From the NCBI GenBank assembly GCA_951406725.2, contig OX597815.1:94364001-94428000 (forward strand): a stretch of DNA of 64,000 nucleotides, in the 5' to 3' direction. Origin of the DNA: Octopus vulgaris. Lineage: Eukaryota. Both the position numbers and the translations under genes were made by a program. A model generated the notes under the pieces. The model did no database searches. It was given only the letters and a program-made list of their open reading frames with translations, and had not been told where the DNA came from. Below are positions 1-13,722 of this stretch, in pieces (the first letter of the stretch is position 1; each line of letters starts with the position of its first letter).

Positions 1-99
1 GTATGTATGTATGTATGCATGTATGTATGTATGTATTTGTGATGTATGTATGTATGCATGTATGTATGTATGCATGTATGTATGCATGCATGCATGTAT

Positions 100-208
100 G
101 TCATTATTAGTCTTATTTCAAGATTTCTTGCCAATAAAGAGCCGGTTTCTAACCTAGATCCAATGCTCCTTTATTGGAATTTCAACAATGTCAAAAGGGT
201 ATTTTTGT
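100..208 (-). mobile_element. ~110 bp 3'-terminal fragment of the (CATA)n-associated R4/Dong-like LINE, embedded in (TATG)n
   Basis: Similar to 51121-51232 (ttatttcaagatttct..ccaata..tttctaacctagatccaa.gctcctt.attggaatttcaaca..agggtatttttgtatg), which lies at the 3' end of the LINE at 51121-54010; flanked on both sides by TATG repeats. Confidence 0.6.
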
Positions 209-417
209 ATGTATGTATGTATGTATGTATGTATGTATGTATGTATGTATGTATGTATGTATGTATGTATGTATGTATGTATGTATGTATGTATGTATTG
301 TGTGATGTATGTATGTATTTGTATGTATGTATGTATGTATGTATGTATGTATGTATGTATGTATGTATTGTGTGTATGTATTGTATATATGTATGTACGT
401 ATTTTATTTTTGTTTAT

Positions 418-780
418 TTTTTGACTTGCTTATTAGGCTGTGGTCAGTCTGGGGCATCACCTTGAAGTAATTTAGCCGATTGAATCGAACCCGGTATTAC
501 ATATTTTGAAACCTGGTACTTACAGGGACGTAAATACACCAACACCGGTTGTTAAGCAGTGGTAGTGGTAAAATACTGACACAAAAACACACATACACAC
601 GTAAACACGTCATATTCACATATACGATAGACTCTCAGTTTCCATGTGCCAAATTCACTCACAAGGTTTTGATCGGCTCGAGGCTATAGTAGAAGATACT
701 TGTCAAAAGTACAAGGCGGTAGGACTGAACGCACAACTATGAGGTGGGGAAGTATACTTCTCACACAGTAGCCTGCGCCT
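418..780 (-). mobile_element. tRNA-derived SINE, family B (internal microsatellite), diverged copy
   Basis: Shares cactcacaagg..tcggc.cgaggctatagtagaaga.acttg with copies at 5225, 8968, 26090, 41420 and 43370. Confidence 0.75.
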
Positions 781-1049
781 GTATGTATGTATGTATGTAT
801 GTATGTATGTATGTATGTATGTATGTATGTATTATGTATGTATGTATGTATGAATGTGTGTGTGTGTGTGTGTATGTATGTGTATGTATGTATGTATGTA
901 TGTATGTTTTCTTTTGTTTTTAATTATTTAAAATTCTTCCTCTGAGGAAGGAATTGGTTTCTAACAAAGATACAAGGTTCCATCGATGGTATGTAGGTAA
1001 CGAAACCAATGTCACATTTTAAACTTGAAATCGTTTTGCATACTTTTAC

Positions 1050-1196
1050 TGCCCTTTTAAAGCCTAGCCAGGCTCATGGGCCCGGTTTCCCGGTTTCTAT
1101 GGCGTATGTGTTCCCCAGCTGCGTTACTCATTTTTGCCAGCTGAGTGGACTGGAGCAACGTGAAATGAAGTGTTTCGCTCAAGAACACAACGCGTT
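1050..1196 (-). mobile_element. 5'-truncated SINE (central domain plus tail)
   Basis: ccagctgagtggactggagcaacgtgaaatgaagtg is shared with the elements at 5754-6090, 9783-10062 and 30746-30995. Confidence 0.65.
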
Positions 1197-1299
1197 AATT
1201 GTGTTTCTTTCTGAAAATCCACATGTATCTATGTCTACGTATGTATGTACATACAGGTGGTCAAAAGTTTTTGTCTGTGTTCTTATATCATCGAGTTAA

Positions 1300-1530
1300 C
1301 GAAGGCTGCTTCAATGTGGTTGATCGACTTATTAGAAATAGCAACCAAATCTCTTTCAAATTACACACTACCTGCTAAAGCTACGCTGGATATATTGAAT
1401 AATGTACTCTGAGATAATCGACAGGACGGTCATGGTTGGAATCCCTTGAACATGGGGAACATAGGTTCCAAGTTCAACTTGATTGAGCAGACCTTCAGAG
1501 TAGGTGTTGGGGCCTTGATCATACCGTTTT
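1300..1530 (+). repeat. Old dispersed repeat family (other copies near 11800-12275, 27600-27840, 28530-28720, 47625-47830)
   Basis: Recurrent motif gaaatagcaRccaaatctctttc or its reverse complement, with a (CAA)n tail in several copies; highly diverged. Confidence 0.45.
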
Positions 1531-2729
1531 TTATTTTTGTATACATAAATTGTCTTGGATTGCATTTTCCAGTGTGTGCTTCACATTTAAAAGACTATTC
1601 TGCGTGAGTCAAGAGAGATTTGGTTGCTATATTTAGCAGGTCAAACAGCTATGTAGAGACTCCAAATCGCTAGAGTTGTATGTATTTGCAAACACCTTTC
1701 TATTTGCATATCATCAGCAAATTTAAGGAGCAAATTCTGTTAGCTTTTCTTTGCAATGTGAAGTCAGTTCACCAGGGTATATATTACTCCATCTAGAGGA
1801 ACTTTCTCGATCGACTCTGCCTAGTGGCCTCAATTTGGTTGTGATATTTATTTCAAGGGCTCTACCTTATTCGCTACATTAGTTTCGAGGATTTGCAAGG
1901 TTACTTTTAGGTAACGAAGGCAGAATATGACTCACGACGCAGTGACTCTGAACAAATACCACGTGGTACGACATACAGTTCCGCCAATCCACCGCTCAGG
2001 ATTCGTTCTTCTTTTTATCTATCCTGAAAAGACGGAAGGCAAAGTTGACTTCGGCTGAATTTGATCTCAGAGCATTGAAACTCAAAATAAATACTACGAA
2101 TTATTATACCTGATAGTAATGCATTTAATCTACAAATGGTTTCTCATCTCGGCACATTGTAGAATATATTTAGAGACGCACCAATAAGAGCTGTATGGAA
2201 ACCCCTGCATGGTCGCTCGAAATTCTAGAAACAGTAGGCTAATCTTTCTCAAAATTAGGCCAAATATATCACAAACATATTTGACATAATTTAAAAGTTT
2301 GTTTAGTTCGCAAGACGTCTTAGTGTACAAAATATATAATTATTCCAGCCTCACGGCTGATCACACGTGCCAGTAGATAATCTTTACTAATTTTCTACAA
2401 AGGAAGTTATAGCTTCCAAAGTCATCTTAGCGTTGTCTCTCTTGCGCAGCACCCGGAACTGATGACAGCCAGTTAGCGAGAAATACTTTATCGGTCTACG
2501 ATAGGGCACCCCAAGATGATGGATGGTATTCTGACGCATATTGCCTAAAGCGAGAATTTTTTCCATCGCAAACTGCAATAAGAAGGGCTTTTTACAGGTC
2601 AAATGTCACAAACATATTTAAACTGTTTTAAAAGTTCATTTAATTTACAACACTGCTTAATGTGCATTACACACACGCACGCACACACACACACACACAT
2701 ACACACACACATATATATACACCCATATA

Positions 2730-2769
<40 letters not shown>

Positions 2770-3369
2770 AAAATTAGTTAATTCTTCACTTTACCAGATC
2801 ACAAATATTTGGGAAGGAAAATCGTAATCCATTTGTTCACTGTTAGTCTATCGACAAAGAAATATAAAACGCAGACGTAATTAGACACAACTCGGTATTT
2901 AACCCATTAACATATTTGTTTTTATGTTCGACATATTTATGGCAAGATTACGACCTGAGTCAGACTATACTACATTGCCCACATTAATTAATTTTAATAA
3001 TTAATTTGAATTTTGTGGTTATTAGCTGCTTTCGTCCTCTTCATTCATATTCTCATTAATTAATTACTAATAATTTTAATTAAAATTTCGCAGATTACTA
3101 CATTATGCATATGGACATTTACTGTAGAATTTGGTTTTTATGCTGAGGGTTTCGTTGGTACTTTTTACCTTGTTTTTCTTTCTCTGTTGAGATTACTTTC
3201 TAGCTGTGTTATAAACGTTTGACTTAGTAAAATTTCTTTTTCCATTTCTGCTCAATCAAGATAGAATTCGATGTGCAACATAACATAAGTTTTATGTTCT
3301 GCTTCATACCTCAAACTCCACTGATCACACCGCCGCCGCCGCCGCCATTTACATAGCTACAATTATTTC

Positions 3370-3950
3370 TAGAATAGCCTCAAAGCCACAAAATTGGAGG
3401 CAAAGGCTTGTCGATGTAATTAATCGAAGTACTTGGCTGGTACTTTATTTTATCAACCCAGAAGGATGAAAGCCAAAATAGACATCGGTGGAATTACAAC
3501 TAACATTATAGAAGAGCGTAACTAACAAAATACCGCAATGTATTTTGTTGGCTGCCCCAACGCTTTCATTCCACCGCCTTCATAATATTAATAATAATGA
3601 GTTCGGATTTAGGCACCAAGTTAGTAATTTTGAGGGAAGGTGGAGAAAGTCGATTACATCGACTCAATTACTTGACAGTTTATCGATCCCAGAGGAAAGA
3701 CAAAGTTAAAATGCAAGAGCCGGAACAAATAGCATAATGCATTTTGTTCGATGCTCTCACGATTTTACCAGTTCATCGGCCTGTTGTTGCTAACATATGC
3801 ATAAGTCCTGAAATTTGAAGAAGGGATTAACCGAATAAATCAACTTCTGTATTTGAATGGGGCTTTATTTGATCGAACTCGAAAGGTTGAACATATCCGA
3901 CATAAATAAAGCAGGGCGTTTTGTTTGGTGCTCTGACGCCTCTGCCGTTC
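3370..3950 (-). mobile_element. Three head-to-tail degenerate family-A SINE copies
   Basis: Repeated tcgatt..atcgac..agtact.gactggtact.tattttatcga.ccc.aaggatgaaag pattern, similar to the intact copy at 11946-12175. Confidence 0.55.
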
Positions 3951-4288
3951 TTCTAGATTTCTATGTGAATCTGCATTGTTTCTGACATAGGCAAAGGGTA
4001 GAAATGTATTTACTATATTCGACAGGTATATATTTTATGAAATCCTGCAGGTGCTCCAGCATGGCTACAACCTTCGGGCTGAAACACAAAAGAATAAAAA
4101 TTGATGAAAAGCAATGTTGACATTGGTATATATGCAAATAGAGAGAGAGAGAGGGAGAGAGAGAGAGAGAGAGAGTGAGAGAGAGAGAGAGAGAAGGAAT
4201 GGGAGAGAATTAGTTGGTGTTTCTCAACAGAAGTAATCCTTCCATTATGTATTGCGTGCTGTTTTCTTCTGTTTGTAAATATAATCCC

Positions 4289-4369
<81 letters not shown>

Positions 4370-5124
4370 GCACGCACACACACACACACACACACACGCA
4401 CGCACGCACGCACTCACGCACACACAAGTCCAATTTCCTTTTTGTAAGCCGGAAGAGTGTGATGTAAGGAAGTCTGATTGCTGTACGCAGCTAATCGAGC
4501 GAAAAAGAACAGGTTTGTGATGATGATGACGACAACGATGACGACGACTACGATGATGATGATACGTATAGAATCACTGTTCGTATAACATTTGATCAAA
4601 TAAATAAATCTCAAGAGCTCTAAAAATAACATACTGTACGTCTGTCTCCATCTCCTCATTTTTTAAATCAACGCTTTATATATTGATTAATCTATTGATT
4701 CTAACCATGTAACTTACAAATCTATCAATACATTTCTTTTTATAGATAAATAAATATATAAATATATAAATAAAAAAAAACCTCAAACGAAACTGTAATG
4801 AAAGAAAGAAAAACAAAACGAACATGTGAGCTAAGCATAATGTTTCAAGGGAGGTAACTCAGAGTATTTTTAAAAAAATTTTTTACATCGATTTATCTCT
4901 CTTTAAATATCATTAGATTATCTTTTCTCATTTACGCAAGAAACAAAATTCTGCTTATTTTCTTCCAGCCACCCCACCACCTCTCAGTTCATTGTGTCGT
5001 AGCTGACTGCGTTTCTGTAGATGTAAGATTCGCCCTTACTGCACAATACTTTCGGCAAGTGTCTCTTCATTGACCAAAATATATTTTGCGCAGTCTCGAT
5101 GATGGAACCTCTGCGAAGTGCGTC

Positions 5125-5194
<70 letters not shown>

Positions 5195-5224
5195 ATATCT
5201 ATCTATCTATCTATCTATCTTATT

Positions 5225-5327
5225 CAGTCGGTCTATTTTTGCCGAACCGCTAGAATACGGGGACGTAAACACACCAGTATCGCATGTCAAGCGATGTGGG
5301 TGGGGGACAAACACAGACACACAAACA

Positions 5328-5421
<94 letters not shown>

Positions 5422-5550
5422 AATACATATATCCACTCACAAGGCTTTGGTCGGCCCGAGGCTATAGTAGAAGACACTTGCCCAAGGCGTCACGCAGTGG
5501 TACTGAACCCGAAACCATGTTGTTGGTATGCAAACTACTTACCACACAGT
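5225..5550 (-). mobile_element. SINE family B with internal (CA)n
   Basis: Minus-strand head ctgtgtggtaagtagtttgcataccaacaacatggtttcgggttcagtaccactgcgtg, then microsatellite, then the family 3' half. Confidence 0.8.
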
Positions 5551-5621
5551 CAATTGGATTTGGTAAAGTTTACGCTTTCTCTTGCTTACATACTTTATAC
5601 ATACATACATACATACATACA

Positions 5622-5655
<34 letters not shown>

Positions 5656-5753
5656 CATACATACATACATACATACATACATACATGCATGCATGCATGC
5701 ATACATACATACATACATACATACATACATACATACATACATACATACATGCT

Positions 5754-6090
5754 GAGACCCCCTTCGGTCACGATACAGACCATGGGATTGCACCTAGAAA
5801 GTTACCCTCCCAGGCACAAGTCCAGGCAAGGATGTTTATGGAAGACCAGCAGTCGCCCATGCATACCGGCCTCCTATCTCTACGCCACCAGTGTTGTCCA
5901 AGTGAAAGGCAAAGGCCGATACAGCTTGGCACCAGTGACATTGCAACTCATTTCTACAGCTGAGTGAGCTGGAGCAACGTGAAATAAAGTGTCTTGCTGA
6001 AGAACACAACACACAGTCCGGTCCGGGATTCGAACTCACTACCTCACGTTCGTAAGTTCGACGCTCTAACCACTGGGCCATGCGCCTTCA
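5754..6090 (-). mobile_element. Full-length tRNA-derived SINE (family D) within (CATA)n
   Basis: Minus strand begins tgaaggcgcaTGGCCCAGTGGttagagcg..gaGTTCGAATCCcgg (Pol III A and B boxes), followed by the shared central domain. Confidence 0.85.
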
Positions 6091-6119
6091 CATACACATA
6101 CATACATGCAAACATACAT

Positions 6120-6189
<70 letters not shown>

Positions 6190-7612
6190 CTTAAAACTAG
6201 AATATTGTAAACAGAGACTTTGAAGTTTCAGTCAGTTAAGCCATCGTCGGACTACGCTGCATTAGAGTTAATCTTGATTTCATATAGTCTCTGTAGGTTA
6301 TGGCCTTCCAAGGGTGTATAAGTTTGAATGGGGTGGTAATTAGGTTTAGGGTGGGTTGTTATGGAGAGGTGTTTTGAAGAAATTTTTATTGATTAAATTT
6401 GGTGTTATGTTATTGTTTAGAATTTATTCATGTATGTAGTCCTTTGTAAGCAAGTGTGTATGTTTCGGTGTGATTTTGTTTGTTAGTCACAGGTTGTGTT
6501 GTTAGTTTTGTCACTTTCGGTTTTACTGGATTTAATAACACTTTCGGTTTTACTGTGTGTCTGTGACGCACACAGATACACAGAACAGAATTGCAGTTTC
6601 GCGTACGAAATAGAACTTATGATGTATTAGTCAACTTGTAGCTACAGCGCAAGGTACTCTGCAATAAGATCGAATCCGGAACCACGTTGTGGGAAGCGAA
6701 CTTCTTCACCTCCTAGTCACTCGTGGAAGTCCTTATACTCACTGCATTCAAATACTGCTATGGTCAACTTTCACCTTTTTGCTGTCAATAAAATAAAGTA
6801 CCTGTCAATTCTGAGAAAAATATAATCACCTATACCATCATCCCTTGAAACAATTTTTGAATTTATACCTATGTCAGGAATATATTGAAGATCGATTGAA
6901 TGATGTACTTTATTGAAGAAAACATTTTATTTGCTCAATTTTTCCCTTGTCTTTGTTCGTATCATGTTTTACCTTTATTTTTCTGGGAGACGCACTATCG
7001 TGACATAAATTGATCAAGTTTTAGTCTACCGATTCTAATGGGAAATTGTTTATATATCGTAACTAATAAAGACCTCAATATTGCCTCCAATCAACCTATA
7101 AATACATACAATGAAAAATTCAGTACGAAAAGGTGTCATTAATAGATATTTTACCAGTTTGCAAGGCTGGGGCAGTTTATTATATGCATGTAGGGCCCCA
7201 AATTATAATAATATCAAAATTTACAGTCATATTGAAGGAGCAGTGGACCTGTGGAACTGTAGATTTATTCAGCCGTACACGCAACAATACATACTTTTCT
7301 TTCTCCCTCCTTATCAAACGATGACCCACGACCTAAAGTATCTCAGCTTTCACTTATGACAGCTGAACTTAACAAACGTTGGAATCGTTTCTCCTTACAA
7401 TAAATGAACTTATCAAAGCAATTGTTACCGATACAGACCATTGACAGTTTCCTCAGGTTACACATTTCATCTTGCACACCAGCGCCCTGCTTTATAAGGC
7501 CTGATTTGTGTCAACAGAACTTTCTATAATGATATACGATAATAATTTACTCGGAGCAATAACTCGCTTTGAATGCTAAAATGAAAGTTAGTATATCGCA
7601 AGACAGAGCCAA

Positions 7613-7731
<119 letters not shown>

Positions 7732-8590
7732 TTTATTACTTTATTTGTATATAAGTATATATATTTTATTCTTTCTCAAATAGTTATTTTTCTAACGTCA
7801 ATATTTTTTTTATCGATATCGACATTTGTTTCTACTTTACCTTCCCTTTCCTATCAGGAATGTTTTGGAAGGTGGCTTAAGTTGACTGTCTTTTAAATAC
7901 CTCAATATTTCTGAGTAATTTGTTTACCGATTTTCTTTTTTGCTTTTAGAGTTTTTATTCTATTATCTTCTTTGTTAATCAATTGTAAACACCTTCCAGC
8001 AAAGGATACTGAATGAAAGAGAAATGTAATAAATAGAACCATCCTACGAGTTAATCTTGTGACCACTTTTCATTCAGTTGGCCAGCCTACTGTACAGTCT
8101 ATGCACACTGATTCTGTTGATATTAAGCATTCTTGTATTGACAGCAAAATCTATCGGTTTCAATTAGGTTTTCATAAATAAAAAATTCCTACTATTACTA
8201 CTAACAGTTTTTTTTTCTTGTGCATCATAGATTATTAATTTGCTTCGAGTTTCTGCAGCAGCAATTTTCAATCTATTTCGATCTGCAGCTCATCAAATAA
8301 AACGCTAAAAGTGTTGCAGTACACCATCATTGTTTTAAAAGATGTATGTATGTATGTAGTTTACAGTTTCAGTAATGTGAAACCAACAAAAAAGTACTCC
8401 ATTCTGTGAGAGATAAATACTATTTAATGTACATGGTATAAAGATATACGAGCTACTAATAGATTCATGCATTCGGAACGTGAGTATAGGCAGCATTTTG
8501 TAGTGTGCCTTGTGTTCCAAGAGAAACAAGAGAAATCACGAGAAAAAAACGAGAAGAAAGTGGATGTAAAAAGTGGAAGGCTGTAAAAAG

Positions 8591-8652
<62 letters not shown>

Positions 8653-8929
8653 GAGTTCGTGTATATATGCTGTTGTGTCTGGGGAGAGTCATTTTCTTTT
8701 TATGCCTTATAATGTAACACACTCACCGGTAACATTTCCACTTATTTCTTATTTTTACTTTCCTAAAACTTTCGTTGCGTCTTGCAACCTTTTCAATAGT
8801 CTTGACTCTCTCCGTTATTTATTTAACTAACGGACAGAGTCAAGAATATGCTTCAATATATAAAGAATCTTGTAAACCAAATCCCAAAACGAAATATATA
8901 TATATATATATCTTGTGCCCAGAGTAGAA

Positions 8930-8967
<38 letters not shown>

Positions 8968-9181
8968 TCTTTTACTCTTTTACTTGTTTCAGTCATTTGA
9001 CTGCGGCCAGGCTGGGACTTATTCCGCCTTTGAGAAAATCGACCCCGGGACTTATTCTTTGTAAGCCCAGTACATATTCTATCGGCCTCTTTTGCCGAAC
9101 TGCTAAGTGACGGGGATGTAATCACACCAGCATCGGTTGTCAAGCAATGCTAGGGGGACAAACACAGACACACAAACACAC

Positions 9182-9241
<60 letters not shown>

Positions 9242-9306
9242 TTTATTTAAAGCAGCAGAAAATTCAACAAAATCTGTTACTCTGAGTTTCTCGTTGCCGT
9301 TCATCA

Positions 9307-9362
<56 letters not shown>

Positions 9363-9521
9363 TACGACAGGCTTCTTTCAGTTTCCGTCTACCAAATCCA
9401 CTCACAAGGCATTGGCTGGCCCGGGGCTATAGCAGAAGACACTTGCCCAAGATGCCACGCAGTGGGACTGAACCCGGAACCATGTGGTTGGTTAGCAAGC
9501 TACTTACCACACAGCCACTCC
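8968..9521 (-). mobile_element. Full-length SINE family B, internal (TA)n interrupted by a 70 bp insert
   Basis: Head ggagtggctgtgtggtaagtagcttgctaaccaaccacatggttccgggttcagtccc; tail gactgaaacaagtaaaagagtaaaagag; colinear with the plus-strand copy at 43370-43770. Confidence 0.85.
9275..9310 (-). ncRNA. Minimal type-I hammerhead ribozyme motif (PLE pseudo-LTR type)
   Basis: Minus strand tgt-CTGATGA-acg gcaa cga-GAA-act cag agt-A-aca: intact core, GNRA-capped short stem II, 3 bp stem III, GUA cleavage triplet, 3 bp stem I. Confidence 0.65.
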
Positions 9522-9670
9522 TATATATATATGTGCACACACATATTTACAGGGTAATCATAAAATCTGGACATTTCTGGAAATATCACTAATATTATTG
9601 TTTTTTTTTCTTCTGCAGATTCAATATGAGTTTGTCTACAGAAACTTAACGAAACTGAGTGATCACTCTT

Positions 9671-9702
<32 letters not shown>

Positions 9703-9782
9703 CATACATGCATACATACATACATACATACATACATACATGTAAATATATATTTTGTGTTTATATATATTTTGTAAATAGG

Positions 9783-10062
9783 TAGGAGCACTCCGTCGGT
9801 TACAATGACGGGAGACCCAACTGATACGACCAACAGAACAGCTTGCTCGTGAAATTAACGTGCAAGTGGCAGAGCACACCACAGACACGTGTACTTTTAA
9901 CGTCGTTCTCAGGGAGATTCAGCGTGACAGAGAGTGTGACAAGGCTGGCCCTTTGAAAAACCAGGTACTACGCGTTTTTGCCACCTGAGTGAAGCAACGT
10001 GAAATAAAGTATCTTGCTCAAGGACACAACGATTCACTAGGAACTGAACTCATAACCTTATG
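9783..10062 (-). mobile_element. SINE (family E), head partly lost
   Basis: Shared central domain ttgagcaagatactttatttcacgttgct with a distinct 3' tail. Confidence 0.65.
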
Positions 10063-10063
10063 A

Positions 10064-10165
<102 letters not shown>

Positions 10166-10476
10166 ACTGAAAAGTTTAACAGAAGAACTACAATGATTGT
10201 AAGTTGAGGTCAAAACCAGTCTTCTTGGAACTTATCTCTACGCTGCGCACAGTACTGAATATATGATAAGTATAGGTAAAGGTTATATTGGTTTCAAATT
10301 TTGGCCCAAGCCTACCGATTTCGGTGGTGAGATAAGTGGACCACAGTGCTCAACTGGTACTTATTTTATTGATCCCGAAAAAAATGGAAGGCAAAGCTGA
10401 CCTCGACTGATCCGACATCCTAACGATTCTGCCAGCTCGCGGTATATAGATAAAGGTAATATTAAGGAGCGTGTAA

Positions 10477-11085
10477 GGCGGCGAGCTGGCAGAATCGTTA
10501 GCATGCCGGGCAAAATGCTTAGTGGAATTTCATCTGACTACGTTCTGAGTTCAAATTCCGACCAGGTCTACTTTGTCTTTCATCCTTTCAGGGTCGATAA
10601 AATAAGTTGTGGTTAAGCACTGGGAAAATAGTTTTCGCTCTTTAATTGTGTATTCTACGTTCTGAATTCAAATATGGCAGATGTCAACTTTATCTTTCAT
10701 TCTTCCGAGGATCAATAAAATAAAATACGTTTCGTAAAGTCAATGTAATAGTCTAAATTCTTTCCTACTTAAATTTGAGACCGTGTGCTGAGTGCTAGAA
10801 ATTAGTATAGTAACGAGAGAGAAAGAGTATTCTAAAATAGGGGGAAATAATTCTGTACAGTTTTATTATTAATCATATTTTAAAGGCGGTGAGAATCGTT
10901 AGCATGCTGAAAAAATGCTTGACGGTATTGCGTCCATCTTTACGTTCCGGGTTCATATGCCGGGGTCGACTTTGCCTTTCATCCTTCCGGGATCGATAAA
11001 ATAACTAGCAGTTAAGCGCTGGGGTCGATGTAATCGACTTCCCTTCACCGCAAAAAACTGCTGGCCTTGTGCCAAAATTTGGAAC
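10477..11085 (+). mobile_element. Cluster of family-A SINE copies (10477-10625, 10883-11085, plus a degenerate copy between)
   Basis: ggcggcgagctggcagaatcgttagcatgccgggcaaaatgctt..gaGTTCAAATtccg (B box)..catcctttc.gggtcgataaaata. Confidence 0.8.
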
Positions 11086-11945
11086 TGTTATTAATTTTAT
11101 TTTAGTGACAACGTTACCGCCAGATAGTTTAAGTGTATTCCTTTCTTCGGTATTGCGATAACATTTAAGTAATATAATTTCAGTTTCATATTTATCCTGT
11201 GAGGCTTCGAATACTGTATTATTATATGCATAGAAGGACTCACGCTATGCGTGTAATAAATCAATATATTTGAGCAGAGGGCGCTTGGTGGAAGGTGGTA
11301 TAAGCTCCCGGCAAATCGAGTGAGTCCGTGACATAATTTCGATATTCGTTTGTAGAGAAACTCATTTATGCCACGGGTAACATCATAAATGGTAAGAAGA
11401 ATATTTAACTATTCAATAGATAGTAGTATGAAATGCTATTCCCATCAGCATTTTCTCACTAGGGAGCCGATGAAATGAAAACCTATAATAATTTGCTAAA
11501 CTAACTTATGTCGATCCAGGCGGTCAGCGAAATATGTTTCTTGCTAATATATTAACACTTTGTAAACTGTAGATAAGCCGAAGTTATTACGTGGCAGATT
11601 TAACTCTGGAAAGGTTCAAATAGAATCATAAATTTATCAGTAAAATTATTAATCGGCCATCTGCTTTAACAAGAGAAGAATAGAAAGGTGGAAAGAAACA
11701 GACAGAGAAAGTGAGTGATTATTACACGGACACATGGCAAACTAGTCTAACACAACAGCACTAAGACACTGAAATTGCAAGTCACGAAAACATAATGGAT
11801 TCTCAGTTTGCTTGATATAGCAGCCAAATCTCTTTCGATTCGCATGCCACATGGGAAAGGAAAGGACACTGGGTAATATTGTTCTAGATATGACCCTTTA
11901 AAGGGAAAGTAATCACGACAGGACTTATAAAAACTCTCGTATATC

Positions 11946-12175
11946 TATTTTTTACTACCCTCAAGGGGCTAAACTCAGAGAGGACAAACAAGGACAGACA
12001 AACGGATTAAGTCGATTATATCGACACCAGTACGTAACTGGTACTTATTTAATCGATCCCGAAAGGATGAAAGGCAAAGTCGACTTCGGCGGAATTTGAG
12101 CTCAGAACGTAACGGCAGACGAAATACGGCTACGCATTTCGCCCGGCGTGCTAACGATTCTGCCAGCTCGCCGCC
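11946..12175 (-). mobile_element. Young full-length family-A SINE with 14 bp target-site duplication
   Basis: TSD aactctcgtatatc at 11932-11945 and 12180-12193; complete head ggcggcgagctggcagaatcgttagcacgccgggcgaaatgc on the minus strand. Confidence 0.9.
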
Positions 12176-12530
12176 TTATAACTCTCGTATATCATAAGTT
12201 TGTCTGATTATATTATAAGTTTGCTCGATCATAGTTGAACTTGGTAATATCCACAACAACAACAACAACAACAGCAAACCCCTCACGAAATGATACATTT
12301 TATACAATGCATAAATATAACCGCCGCAAACTTTACAAATATTAGGAAAACTCATAACATATCATTGCCTTCAACAGTGACCATGTATTAATAAATAAAA
12401 TATAACCACCCATGAATCTTCCGAGGAAACTTGCGGGTTTCTTCATTAGCTGAATTTATTTGGAGATGTTCGTAAATGGGTTTTTATGGTGAGAAAAATA
12501 ATTCTGACGTTCCAGAGGCTAATATCTCGT

Positions 12531-12630
<100 letters not shown>

Positions 12631-13200
12631 TATTCTCCTTTAAAAGAGTTTGTTTGAGGTACGAACTTCATATTCAGCACAAAAGTCCCTCGACTGACTA
12701 GCATAAGATCACTTATGCAGTCTCTTTTCTCTGTCGTTTCTACCGTTTCTGCAACAGTTTCTGCCTATCAGAGCTGACTGGAAACATCCGTCTCCACTCA
12801 GGTATTCCCGGCTCATTCATTTCTCATCCTACCAGCACCCTTGTTGTTTCCAACTTTCTCAGTCCACACTCCACATTAAAGAATACGCTTGGGATTTTCT
12901 TACCACAACGTCGACCCACTGGAACTCTTTCCTGGCTTATATCATTCATGTGGATATCGAATTGACTTGTAACGGTTTGGGAGGAACAATAAACAGCATC
13001 AATCTCACCAGTCTCGGAGGACATGCGGACTATCCCTTCCTTCAAACTCAGTAAATAAGAACAGATAACAGTAAAAACTAATCCCCGAGGTGAAGAGTTT
13101 TCTTTGAAGAGACCCCCAAAATGCATTCTTTAATGAAAACACTTGCTGGTATCCGTACTGGGCGCAAAAACGATTCCGCCAGCTCACCGCCTTGATACTA

Positions 13201-13243
<43 letters not shown>

Positions 13244-13249
13244 GTAATA

Positions 13250-13285
<36 letters not shown>

Positions 13286-13320
13286 GTAATAATAATAATA
13301 ATAATATATTATTAAACTAT

Positions 13321-13722
13321 GACCAGATATAGTTGTCAGAGATCATGAAGAAAAAATGCTTCTTAATTGATGTATCAATACTAGCAGATGACAACGTGTC
13401 TCTAAAAGAAATGGAGTAACTTTCAAAATACAAAGACCTGGAAATAGAGGTAACTAGAATGTGGAATCTAAAAACAGAAACAATTCCTATCATAGTAGGC
13501 ATGATAAAAAATATTCAGACAAATACATAACAAAAACACCAGGACTTACAAACACATATAACATACAGAAAATTGCACTACTAGGCACTGCACACATCCT
13601 ACGCAGAACACTTTCAATACAGTAACCACCAGAACATCACAACAAATCACAGCACATACCCAAGGCACACAGAGCTGCGCTCGGTAGTGAAGTGAAAGCA
13701 CGCTATAAAAATAAAACTACTG
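13321..13722 (+). mobile_element. 5'-truncated R4/Dong-clade LINE: RLE domain plus 3' UTR, within (TAA)n
   Basis: Translation across frameshifts and one stop gives PDIVVRDHEEK/CFLIDVSILADDNVSLKEME*LSKYKDLEIEVTRMWNLKTETIPIIVG../..IQKIALLGTAHILRRTL*, a PD..D..K restriction-like endonuclease; flanked by (TAA)n at 13201-13305 and 13723-13735. Confidence 0.85.

Noticed and set aside
2387-2602. GC-richer unique segment with a 71 aa minus-strand ORF
   Set aside because: No recognisable protein motif or convincing splice-site pair; the plus-strand frames contain stops.
4449-4512. Possible 64 nt exon (aag|CCGGAAGAGTGT..ACAG|gtttgt; PEECDVRKSDCCTQLIERKRT)
   Set aside because: Weak acceptor, no recognisable homology and no partner exons; chance occurrence is plausible without RNA-seq.
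6205-6255. Minus-strand CCGACGA..GAAACTTC hammerhead-like string
   Set aside because: Altered core and poor stem I/II pairing; at best a decayed relic.
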